64,000 nucleotides of DNA from Eledone cirrhosa (Eukaryota), in the NCBI GenBank assembly GCA_964016885.1, contig OZ024745.1, positions 10,602,001 to 10,666,000 of the forward strand, written 5' to 3'. Under the pieces are notes generated by a model, which was not told where the DNA came from, ran no database searches, and saw nothing but the letters and a program-made list of their open reading frames with translations. Below, in pieces: positions 40,066 through 52,700 of the stretch. The position numbers and the translations under genes were made by a program. Within the stretch, counting starts at the first letter, position 1; the number at the start of each line of letters is the position of its first letter.

Positions 40066-42387
40066 CCGGGAGAGATGACCCCTTAGCCTTTGTCAAGGCA
40101 GAATTCTAGGAGAAGGAAAACTCTGATATAACACCTGCAAACCTGATAGTATCCAATGATGTTGACGTGTTCTTCTTTTTGGTAAATATCATCTTGGTTA
40201 AGAGAGTGGGACTGGCTTTGTGCAGTGCCTTTGCTCACTATAAAAGCTTCATGGCACAGGCATTGCTTTATATCTGGAGATCTCTCTGCACTTGTCGTCA
40301 CATGATACCATGGGCCCAGCACTATGTGCCAATAATTGTCACAAGTATGGTGTTTGTACCAGAGTTTTCAAGTCGCTGGCTGGACTAAAAAGTCACACTC
40401 GTTCAGCGCATCGGTAGGGATTCTCCTACATGGATATAAAGTAGTGGCCGTACTCGAAAACGAGTTGGCAGCCACCATGTATGTATGTATGTATGTATGT
40501 ATGTATGTATGTATGTATGTATGTATGTATGTATGTATGTATGTATGCAAAGGGCAAAGGAGCTCTTAAGAGTCAATGGCCATCCAAAATCATCGGGAGA
40601 GATGACCCCTTAGCCTTTGTCAAGGCTGAATTCTAGGAGAAGGAAAACTCTGATATAACACCTGCAACCCTGATGGTATCCAATGATGTTGACTTGTTCT
40701 TCTTTTTGGTAAATATCATCTTGGTTAAGAGAGTGGGACTGGCTTTGTGCAGTGCCTTTGCTCACTATAAAAGCTTCACGGCACAGGCATTGCTTTATAT
40801 CTGGAGATCTCTCTGCACTTGTCGTCAGATGGTACCATGGGCCTAGCACTATGTGTCAATAATTGTCACAAGTGTAGTGTTAGTACCAGAGTTTTCAAAT
40901 CGCTGGCTGGACTAAAAAGTCACACTCGTTCAGCGCATCCGTAGGGGTTCTCCTAAATGGATATAAAGTAGTGGCCATACTCGAAAATGAGTTGGCAGCC
41001 ACCATGTATGTATGTATGTATGTATGTATGTATGTATGTATGTATGTATGTATGTATGTATGTATGTATGTATGTATGTATGTATGTATGTATGCATGCA
41101 TGCATGCATGCATGTATGTATGTATGTATGTATGTATGTATGTATGTATGTATGTATGTATGTATGCATGTATGTATGTATGTATGTATGCATCTCATAG
41201 TCGTTGGCGACTAAACTAGCAACCCCAAGAAGGTTTCTTGGTGAGGTGGGTGACTTTGGACATCCTGCAGGACTAAAAGCAAAACCTGTCAAAGGGCAAA
41301 GGAGCTCTTAAGAGTCAATGGCCATCCAAAATCACCGGGAGAGATGACCCCTTAGCCTTTGTCAAGGCAGAATTCTAGGAGAAGGAAAACTCTGATATAA
41401 CACCTGCAAACCTGATGGTATCCAATGATGTTGACTTGTTCTTCTTTTTGGTAAATATCATCTTGGTTAAGAGAGTGGGACTGGCTTTGTGCAATGCCTT
41501 TGCTCACTATAAAAGCTTCACGGCACAGGCATTGCTTTGTATCTGGAGATCTCTCTGCACTTGTCGTCACATGGTACCATGGGCCCAGCACTATGTGTCA
41601 ATAATTGTCACAAGTGTAGTGTTTGTACCAGAGTTTTCAAGTCGCTGGCTGGACTAAAATGTCACACTCGTTCAGCGCATCGGTAGGAGTTCTCCTACAT
41701 GGATATAAAGTAGTGGCCGTACTCGAAAACGAGTTGGCAGCCACCATGTATGCATGTATGTATGTATGTATGTATGTATGTATGTATGTATGTATGTATG
41801 TCATACATACATACATGTCTCATGGTCGGGTCGTTGGCGACTAAACTGGGAACCCCACCAAGGTTTCTTGGTGAGGAAGGTGACTTTGGACATCCAGCAG
41901 GACTAAAAACAAAACCTGTCAAAAGGGCAAAGGAGCTCTTAAGAGTCAATGGCCATCCCAAATCACCGAGAGAGATGACCCCTTAGCCTTTGTCAAGTCA
42001 GAATTCTAGGCGAAGGAAAACTCTGATATAACACCTGCAACCCTGATGGTATCCAATGATGTTCACTTGTTCTTCTTTTTGGTAAATATCATCTTGGTTA
42101 AGAGAGTGGGACTGGCTTTGTGCAGTGCCTTTGCTCACTATAAAAGCTTCACGGCACAGGCATTGATTTATATCTGGAGATCTCTTTGCACTTGTCGTCA
42201 CATGGTGCCATGGGCCCAGCACTATGTGTCAATAATTGTCACAGGTGTAGTTTTTATACCAGAGTTTTCAAGTCGCTGGCTGGACTAAAAATCCACACTC
42301 GTTCAGTGCATCTGTATGGGTTCTCCTACATGGATATAAAGTAGTTGCCGTATTCGAAAACGAGTTGGCAGCCACCATATATGTATG

Positions 42388-42421
<34 letters not shown>

Positions 42422-42457
42422 TGTATGTATGTATGTATGTATGTATGTATGTATGTA

Positions 42458-42488
<31 letters not shown>

Positions 42489-43150
42489 ATGTATGTATGT
42501 ATGTATGTATGTATGTATGTATGTATGTATGCATGTATGTATGTCAGGTTACCAGTTGGTGCTACTGGTAACATGTATCCCAGTACAACCTGTCCCATGG
42601 TCGGGTCGTTGGTGACTAAACTGGCAACGCTACCAAGGTTTCTTGGTGAGGAAGGTGACTTTGGACATCCTGCAGGACTAAAAACAAAACCTGTCAAATG
42701 GCAAAGGAGCTCTTAAGAGTCAATGGCCATCCAATATCACCGGGAGAGATGACCCCTTAGCCTTTGTCAAGGCAGAATTCTAGGAGAAGGAAAACTCTGA
42801 TATAACACCTGCAACCCTAATGGTATCCAATGATGTTGACTTGTTCTTCTTTTTGGTAAATATCATCTTGGTTAAGAGAGTGGGACTGGCTTTGTGCAAT
42901 GCCTTTGCTCACTATAAAAGCTTCACGGCACAGGCATTGCTTTATATCTGGAGATCTCTCTGCACTTGTCGTCACATGGTGCCATGGGCCCAGCACTATG
43001 TGTCAATAATTGTCACAGGTGTAGTGTTTGTACCAGAGTTTTCAAGTCGCTGGCTGGACTAAAAATCCACACTCGTTCAGTGCATCTGTAGGGGTTCTCC
43101 TACATGGATATAAATTAGTGGCCGTACTAAAAAACGAGTTGGCAGCCACC

Positions 43151-43183
<33 letters not shown>

Positions 43184-44257
43184 TGTATGTATGTATGTAT
43201 GTATGTATGTATGTATGTATGTATGTATGTATGTATGTATGTGTGAGATGACCCCTTAGCCTTTGTCAATGCAGAATTCTAGGAGAAGGAAAACTCTGAT
43301 ATAACACCTGCAACCCTGATGGTATCCAATGATGTTGACTTGTTCTTCTTTTTGGTAAATATCATCTTGGTTAAGAGAGTGGGACTGGCTTTGTGCAGTG
43401 CCTTTGCTCACTATAAAAGCTTCACGGCACAGGCATTGATTTATATCTGGAGATCTCTCTGCACTTGTCGTCACATGGTACCATGGGCCCAGCACTGTGT
43501 CAATAATTGTCACAAGTGTAGTGTTTGTACCAGAGTTTTCAAGTCGCTGGCTGGACTGAAAAGTCACATTCGTTCAGCGCATCGGTAGGGGTTTTCCTAC
43601 ATGGATATAAAGTAGTGGCCGTACTCGAAAATGAGTTGGCAGCCGCCATGTGTGTTTTCTCTTTCTCTTAATTTCGAGTATATTTTTTTGACCGGCCACC
43701 TTCCTGGTGGCAAGGTTGTAAAAGAAAAGAAATTGTCATCCCTTGAATCGCAAGAATGTTTTGCAAATTTTGAAGGTGCCAGCTATCGCAGCCATTTGCA
43801 GACTATGAATTAGGGAGCTGCGCTTTTTGTCCGCAAATCCAAGTTCAGTCATACTTTGGTCCAAGCGGGTTGGTATGTAACCCGTAGCCCCAATAATGAT
43901 GGGTATGAAGCTAAAGGTGTATCTTGGATACTGGATTTGTAAACTCCTCATCAATGGTCCGTAGATGTCCTCCTTCTCCTGTATTTTTCTGTCAACGTTT
44001 ACATCAAGTGGGCAGCTGATCTCCACAACAGAACACGTTTTCAATGTGTGGTCCCAAACAACAATATCAGGCCGGTTGTGCTTTAATTTGGTGGCAGTTT
44101 TTATTTTCAGGCTCCACCAGTATTCCTTAGTGCCATCTGTCTCAATATATTCTTCCTCGTTTGTTGTTAATTTTTTGTGTATGTATGTGTGTGTGTATGT
44201 ATGTATGTATGTATGTATGTATGTATGTATGTATGTATGTATGTATGTATGTGTGTG

Positions 44258-44289
<32 letters not shown>

Positions 44290-45708
44290 TGTATGTATGT
44301 ATGTATGTATGTATGTATGTATGTATGTGTGTATGTATGTATGTATGTCAGGTCACCAGTTGGTGCTACTGGTAACATGTATACCAGTACAACCTGTCTC
44401 ATGGTCAGGTCGTTGGCGACTAAACTGGCAACCCCTCCAACGTTTCTTGGTGAGGAGGGTGACTTTGGACATCCTGCAGGACTAAAAACAAAACCTGTCA
44501 AAGGGCAAAGGAGCTCTTAAGAGTCAATGGCCATCCAAAATCACCGGGAGAGATGACCCCTTAGCCTTTGTCAAGGCTGAATTCTAGGAGAAGGAAAACT
44601 CTGATATAACACCTGCAACCCTGATGGTATCCTATGATGTTGACTTGTTCTTCTTTTTGGTAAATATCATCTTGGTTAAGAGAGTGGGACTGGCTTTGTG
44701 CAATGCCTTTGCTCACTATAAAAGCTTCACGGCACAGGCATTGCTTTATATCTGGAGATCTCTCTGCACTTGTCGTCAGATGGTACCATGGGCCTAGCAC
44801 TATGTGTCAATAATTGTCACAAGTGTAGTGTTTGTACCAAAGTTTTCAAATCGCTGGCTGGACTAAAAAGTCACACTCGTTCAGCGCATCCGTAGGGGTT
44901 CTCCTACATGGATATAAAGTAGTGGCCGTACTCGAAAATGAGTTGGCAGCCACCATGTATGTATCTATGTATGTATGTATGTATGTATGTATGTATGTAT
45001 GTATGTATGTATGTATGTATGTATGTATGTATGTATGTATGCATGCATGCATGCATGTATGTATGTATGTATGTATGTATGTATGTATGTATGTATGTAT
45101 GTATGTATGTATGTATGTATGCATGTATGTATGTATGTATGTATGCATCTCATGGTCGTTGGCGACTAAACTAGCAACCCCAACAAGGTTTCTTGGTGAG
45201 GAAGGTGACTTTGGACATCCTGCAGGACTAAAAGCAAAACCTGTCAAAGGGCAAAGGAGCTCTTAAGAGTCAATGGCCATCCAAAATCACCGGGAGAGAT
45301 GACCCCTTAGCCTTTGTCAAGGCAGAATTCTAGGAGAAGGAAAACTCTGATATAACACCTGCAAACCTGATGGTATCCAATGATGTTGACTTGTTCTTCT
45401 TTTTGGTAAATATCATCTTGGTTAAGAGAGTGGGACTGGCTTTGTGCAATGCCTTTGCTCACTATAAAAGCTTCACGGCACAGGCATTGCTTTGTATCTG
45501 GAGATCTCTCTGCACTTGTCGTCACATGGTACCATGGGCCCAGCACTGTGTCAATAATTGTCACAAGTGTAGTGTTTGTACCAGAGTTTTCAAATCGCTG
45601 GCTGGACTAAAAAGTCACACTCGTTCAGCGCATCCGTAGGGGTTCTCCTACATGGATATAAAGTAGTGGCCGTACTCGAAAACGAGTTGGCAGCCACCAT
45701 ATATATAT

Positions 45709-45740
<32 letters not shown>

Positions 45741-45784
45741 TGTATGTATGTATGTATGTATGTATGTATGTATGTATGTATGTA
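40066..45784 (+). mobile_element. Head-to-tail array of 8 copies of a ~606-bp non-autonomous bipartite RTE-like element, each with an (ATGT)n tail
   Basis: Copies at 40066-40476, 40547-41003, 41191-41745, 41816-42376, 42545-43150, 43244-43647, 44349-44954 and 45145-45698. Common 3' end TTGGCAGCCACC, variable 5' ends, RTE-like 5'UTR motif GGAGAAGGAAAACTCTGA, and a terminal C2H2 remnant [22 protein letters not shown]. Confidence 0.82.
43655..44176 (-). mobile_element. R4/Dong-clade non-LTR retrotransposon 3' fragment (restriction-like endonuclease plus 3' UTR)
   Basis: Open frame 44176-43736: EYWWSLKIKTATKLKHNRPDIVVWDHTLKTCSVVEISCPLDVNVDRKIQEKEDIYGPL...FIPIIIGATG, the PD-(D/E)xK RLE signature. 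Confidence 0.85.
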
Positions 45785-46419
45785 CGGACGGAGCCGTAAC
45801 TCCTAATGGAATGGTAGGGATGCTGTGGTGATATCTTAAACTCGATGGAGCCCCCAAACTGTCCAGGGCTGAACACAGCCGAGGAAGAAGTGAGAAAGTG
45901 AGAGAATGGAAGTGAGAAACTGGATCATCGATTTCTGTACTGGATTGGTACCGTAATTCCAAGGGCCACACACACACACGCACACACACATTGTGTCAGA
46001 TTGAATCTCCCTGAGAATCACGCTAAGGGCACACGTGTCTGTGGACTGCTCAGCCACTTCAACACTAATTTCATAAACAACTGGAATACTGATCTCTGGA
46101 ACTGTTTTAACAATTGAAAGCTCAGCTTCCTGGGAACATGCTTCATTTTCTGGAAACTTATTCATTGCAGCTAATCATTTCTAACTGTTGGACAATATTA
46201 CAAATATTGATGGCAGAAGTTCAATCGATTTGATGAAAGCCTATTGATGGCAGAGGTTTAATCGATGAAAGCCCTTACTGAACTAGAGTTCAAAATTTAA
46301 AGGACAATTATTACATATCGATCTAACAATTCTGACATCTACTGCACTCTTTCCATGCATGATGTTATAATTGATGTTGGAGTCGTCGGGGCGACGTATA
46401 CGGAGAGAGAGAGAGCGAG

Positions 46420-46530
<111 letters not shown>

Positions 46531-46544
46531 CTACTCCGCTACTA

Positions 46545-46690
46545 GACTGGTAGTTTTTTTTTATCGTCCCCGGAAGAATGCAAGATAAAGTTACCTTCGG
46601 TGGGATTTGAACTCAGAAAGTAAAGAACCGTAAGAGATACTGCTGCGTATTTGACCAGCTCTATAACAACTCTACCAATACACTGCCAGA
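46545..46690 (-). mobile_element. SINE fragment
   Basis: TTTATCGTCCCCGGAAGAATG...GGGATTTGAACTCAG, as in the other copies. Confidence 0.6.
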
Positions 46691-46792
46691 AGTTGCAACT
46701 GGTAGATAGTATCAGTAATGGAAAAACCATTGGAAACATTGTTTCTTTGGTCCAATCTGACCATCTAAAAAAAACCCAAAACATCATCAAAG

Positions 46793-49700
46793 GTAGAGAC
46801 TGACACAGTTTGAAAGGAGGATAATAGTTGAGTATCTATTGTAGAGAGTGACACAGTTTGAAAGGAAGTTAATAGTTGAGTATCTATTGTAGAGACTGAC
46901 ACAGTTTGAAAGGAGGATAATAGTTGAGTATCTGTTGTAGAGAGTGAGACAGTTTGAAAGGAAGGTAATAGTTGAGTATCTATTGTAGAGAGTGACACAG
47001 TTTGAAACGAAGGTATTAGTTGAGTATCTGTTGTAGAGACTGACACAGTTTGAAAGGAAGTTAATAGTTGAGTATCTGTTGTAGAGACTGACAGTTTGAA
47101 AGGAAGTTAATAGTTGAGTATCTGTTGTAGAGAGTGACACAGTTTGAAAGGAAATTAATAATTGAGTATCTATTGTAGAGAGTGATACAGTTTGAAAGGA
47201 AGGTAATAGTTGAGTATCTGTTGTAGAGAGTGATACAGTTTGAAAGGAAGTTAATAGTTGAGTATCTATTGTAGAGAGTGAGACAGTTTGAAAGGAAGTT
47301 AATAGTTGAGTATCTATTGTAGAGACTGACACAGTTTGAAAGGAAGTTAATAGTTGAGTATCTATTGTAGAGACTGACACAGTTTGAAAGGAAGTTAATA
47401 GTTGAGTATCTATTGTAGAGACTGACACAGTTTGAAAGGAAGTTAATAGTTGAGTATCTGTTGTAGAGAGTGACACAGTTTGAAAGGGGGTTAATAGTTG
47501 AGTATCTATTGTAGAGACTGACACAGTTTGAAAGGAAGTTAATAGTTGAGTATCTATTGTAGAGACTGACACAGTTTGAAAGGAAGTTAATAGTTGAGTA
47601 TCTATTGTAGAGACTGACACAGTTTGAAAGGAAGTTAATAGTTGAGTATCTGTTGTAGAGAGTGACACAGTTTGAAAGGGGGTTAATAGTTGAGTATCTG
47701 TTGTAGAGAGGGACACAGTTTGAAAGGAGGTTAATAGTTGAGTATCTGTTGTAGAGAGTGACACAGTTTGAAAGGGGGTTAATAGTTGAGTATCTGTTGT
47801 AGAGAGTGACACAGTTTGAAAGGGGGTTAATAGTTGAGTATCTATTGTAGAGACTGACACAGTTTGAAAGGAAGTTAATAGTTGAGTATCTATTGTAGAG
47901 ACTGACACAGTTTGAAAGGAAGTTAATAGTTGAGTATCTATTGTAGAGACTGACACAGTTTGAAAGGAAGTTAATAGTTGAGTATCTGTTGTAGAGAGTG
48001 ACACAGTTTGAAAGGGGGTTAATAGTTGAGTATCTGTTGTAGAGAGGGACACAGTTTGAAAGGAGGTTAATAGTTGAGTATCTGTTGTAGAGAGTGACAC
48101 AGTTTGAAAGGGGGTTAATAGTTGAGTATCTGTTGTAGAGAGTGACACAGTTTGAAAGGGGGTTAATAGTTGAGTATCTGTTGTAGAGAGTGACACAGTT
48201 TGAAAGGGGGTTAATAGTTGAGTATCTGTTGTAGAGAGTGACACAGTTTGAAAGGAAGTTAATAGTTGAGTATCTGTTGTAGAGAGTGACACAGTTTGAA
48301 AGGGGGTTAATAGTTGAGTATCTGTTGTAGAGAGGGACACAGTTTGAAAGGAGGTTAATAGTTGAGTATCTGTTGTAGAGACTGACACAGTTTGAAAGGA
48401 AGTTAATAGTTGAGTATCTGTTGTAGAGAGTGATACAGTTTGAAAGGAAGTTAATAGTTGAGTATCTATTGTAGAGACTGACACAGTTTGAAAGGAAGTT
48501 AATAGTTGAGTATCTATTGTAGAGACTGACACAGTTTGAAAGGAAGTTAATAGTTGAGTATCTATTGTAGAGAGTGACACAGTTTGAAAGGAAGTTAATA
48601 GTTGAGTATCTGTTGTAGAGAGTGACACAGTTTGAAAGGAAGTTAATAGTTGAGTATCTGTTGTAGAGAGGGACACAGTTTGAAAGGAGGTTAATAGTTG
48701 AGTATCTGTTGTAGAGACTGACACAGTTTGAAAGGAAGTTAATAGTTGAGTATCTATTGTAGAGACTGACACAGTTTGAAAGGAAGTTAATAGTTGAGTA
48801 TCTGTTGTAGAGAGTGACACAGTTTGAAAGGAAGTTAATAGTTGAGTATCTGTTGTAGAGAGGGACACAGTTTGAAAGGAGGTTAATAGTTGAGTATCTG
48901 TTGTAGAGAGTGACACAGTTTGAAAGGAAGTTAATAGTTGAGTATCTATTGTAGAGACTGACACAGTTTGAAAGGAAGTTAATAGTTGAGTATCTGTTGT
49001 AGAGAGTGACACAGTTTGAAAGGAGGTTAATAGTTGAGTATCTGTTGTAGAGAGTGACACAGTTTGAAAGGAAGTTAATAGTTGAGTATCTATTGTAGAG
49101 ACTGACACAGTTTGAAAGGAAGTTAATAGTTGAGTATCTGTTGTAGAGAGTGACACAGTTTGAAAGGAATTTAATAGTTGAGTATCTGTTGTAGAGAGGG
49201 ACACAGTTTGAAAGGAGGTTAATAGTTGAGTATCTGTTGTAGAGAGTGACACAGTTTGAAAGGAAGTTAATAGTTGAGTATCTATTGTAGAGACTGACAC
49301 AGTTTGAAAGGAAGTTAATAGTTGAGTATCTGTTGTAGAGAGTGACACAGTTTGAAAGGAATTTAATAGTTGAGTATCTGTTGTAGAGAGGGACACAGTT
49401 TGAAAGGAGGTTAATAGTTGAGTATCTGTTGTAGAGAGTGACACAGTTTGAAAGGAAGTTAATAGTTGAGTATCTGTTGTAGAGAGTGACACAGTTTGAA
49501 AGGAAGTTAATAGTTGAGTATCTGTTGTAGAGAGGGACACAGTTTGAAAGGAGGATAATAGTTGAGTATCTATTGTAGAGAGTGACACAGTTTGAAAGGA
49601 AGTTAATAGTTGAGTATCTGTTGTAGAGACTGACACAGTTTGAAAGGAGGATAATAGTTGAGTATCTGTTGTAGAGAGTGAGACAGTTTGAAAGGAAGGT

Positions 49701-52700
49701 AATAGTTGAGTATCTATTGTAGAGAGTGACACAGTTTGAAACGAAGGTATTAGTTGAGTATCTGTTGTAGAGACTGACACAGTTTGAAAGGAGGATAATA
49801 GTTGAGTATCTATTGTAGAGAGTGACACAGTTTGAAAGGAAGTTAATAGTTGAGTATCTGTTGTAGAGAGTGATACAGTTTGAAAGGAAGTTAATAGTTG
49901 AGTATCTGTTGTAGAGACTGACACAGTTTGAAAGGAGGATAATAGTTGAGTATCTATTGTAGAGAGTGACAAAGTTTGAAAGGAGGATAATAGTTGAGTA
50001 TCTATTGTAGAGAGTGACAAAGTTTGAAAGGAGGATAATAGTTGAGTATCTAGTGTAGAGAGTGACACAGTTTGAAAGGAAGTTAATAGTTGAGTATCTG
50101 TTGTAGAGAGTGATACAGTTTGAAAGGAAGTTAATAGTTGAGTATCTGTTGTAGAGACTGACACAGTTTGAAAGGAGGATAATAGTTGAGTATCTATTGT
50201 AGAGAGTGACACAGTTTGAAAGGAAGTTAATAGTTGAGTATCTGTTGTAGAGAGTGATACAGTTTGAAAGGAAGTTAATAGTTGAGTATCTGTTGTAGAG
50301 ACTGACACAGTTTGAAAGGAGGATAATAGTTGAGTATCTATTGTAGAGAGTGATAGAGTTTGAAAGGAGGATAATAGTTGAGTGTCTAGTGTAGAGAGTG
50401 ATACAATTTGAAAGGAAGTTAATAGTTGAGTATCTGTTGTAGAGAGTGACACAGTTTGAAAGGAGGATAATAGTTGAGTATCTATTGTAGAGAGTGACAG
50501 AGTTTGAAAGGAGGATAATTGTTGAGTATCTATTGTAGAGAGTGACACAGATTGAAAGGAAGTTAATAGTTGAGTATCTGTTGTAGAGAGTGATACAGTT
50601 TGAAAGGAGGATAATAGTTGAGTATCTGTTGTAGAGAGTGACAGAGTTTGAAAGGAGGATAATTGTTGAGTATCTATTGTAGAGAGTGACACAGATTGAA
50701 AGGAAGTTAATAGTTGAGTATCTGTTGTAGAGAGTGATACAGTTTGAAAGGAGGATAATAGTTGAGTATCTATTGTAGAGAGTGACAGAGTTTGAAAGGA
50801 GGATAATTGTTGAGTATCTATTGTAGAGAGTGACACAGTTTGAAAGGAAGTTAATAGTTGAGTATCTGTTGTAGAGACTGACACAGTTTGAAAGGAGGAT
50901 AATAGTTGAGTATCTATTGTAGAGAGTGACAGAGTTTGAAAGGAGGATAATTGTTGAGTATCTATTGTAGAGAGTGACACAGATTGAAAGGAAGTTAATA
51001 GTTGAGTATCTGTTGTAGAGAGTGATACAGTTTGAAAGGAGGATAATAGTTGAGTATCTAGTGTAGAGAGTGATACAATTTGAAAGGAAGTTAATAGTTG
51101 AGTATCTGTTGTAGAGACTGACACAGTTTGAAAGGAAGTTAATAGTTGAGTATCTATTGTAGAGAGTGATACAGTTTGAAAGGAAGTTAATAGTTGAGTA
51201 TCTGTTGTAGAGACTGACACAGTTTGAAAGGAGGATAATAGTTGAGTATCTATTGTAGAGACTGACACAGTTTGAAAGGAAGTTAATAGTTGAGTATCTA
51301 TTGTAGAGACTGACACAGTTTGAAAGGAAGTTAATAGTTGAGTATCTATTGTAGAGACTGACACAGTTTGAAAGGAAGTTAATAGTTGAGTATCTGTTGT
51401 AGAGAGTGACACAGTTTGAAAGGGGGTTAATAGTTGAGTATCTGTTGTAGAGAGGGACACAGTTTGAAAGGAGGTTAATAGTTGAGTATCTGTTGTAGAG
51501 AGTGACACAGTTTGAAAGGGGGTTAATAGTTGAGTATCTGTTGTAGAGAGTGACACAGTTTGAAAGGGGGTTAATAGTTGAGTATCTATTGTAGAGACTG
51601 ACACAGTTTGAAAGGAAGTTAATAGTTGAGTATCTATTGTAGAGACTGACACAGTTTGAAAGGAAGTTAATAGTTGAGTATCTATTGTAGAGACTGACAC
51701 AGTTTGAAAGGAAGTTAATAGTTGAGTATCTGTTGTAGAGAGTGACACAGTTTGAAAGGGGGTTAATAGTTGAGTATCTGTTGTAGAGAGGGACACAGTT
51801 TGAAAGGAGGTTAATAGTTGAGTATCTGTTGTAGAGAGTGACACAGTTTGAAAGGGGGTTAATAGTTGAGTATCTGTTGTAGAGAGTGACACAGTTTGAA
51901 AGGGGGTTAATAGTTGAGTATCTGTTGTAGAGAGTGACACAGTTTGAAAGGGGGTTAATAGTTGAGTATCTGTTGTAGAGAGTGACACAGTTTGAAAGGA
52001 AGTTAATAGTTGAGTATCTGTTGTAGAGAGTGACACAGTTTGAAAGGGGGTTAATAGTTGAGTATCTGTTGTAGAGAGGGACACAGTTTGAAAGGAGGTT
52101 AATAGTTGAGTATCTGTTGTAGAGACTGACACAGTTTGAAAGGAAGTTAATAGTTGAGTATCTGTTGTAGAGAGTGATACAGTTTGAAAGGAAGTTAATA
52201 GTTGAGTATCTATTGTAGAGACTGACACAGTTTGAAAGGAAGTTAATAGTTGAGTATCTATTGTAGAGACTGACACAGTTTGAAAGGAAGTTAATAGTTG
52301 AGTATCTATTGTAGAGAGTGACACAGTTTGAAAGGAAGTTAATAGTTGAGTATCTGTTGTAGAGAGTGACACAGTTTGAAAGGAAGTTAATAGTTGAGTA
52401 TCTGTTGTAGAGAGGGACACAGTTTGAAAGGAGGTTAATAGTTGAGTATCTGTTGTAGAGACTGACACAGTTTGAAAGGAAGTTAATAGTTGAGTATCTA
52501 TTGTAGAGACTGACACAGTTTGAAAGGAAGTTAATAGTTGAGTATCTGTTGTAGAGAGTGACACAGTTTGAAAGGAAGTTAATAGTTGAGTATCTGTTGT
52601 AGAGAGGGACACAGTTTGAAAGGAGGTTAATAGTTGAGTATCTGTTGTAGAGAGTGACACAGTTTGAAAGGAAGTTAATAGTTGAGTATCTATTGTAGAG

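Noticed and set aside
40066-45784. CRISPR-like or protein-coding tandem gene array (MLGPWYH... ORFs, C2H2 finger)
   Set aside because: Spacers are pure microsatellite; the finger is in frame only in some copies and is a LINE C-terminal remnant; the minus-strand ORFs start at non-ATG codons.
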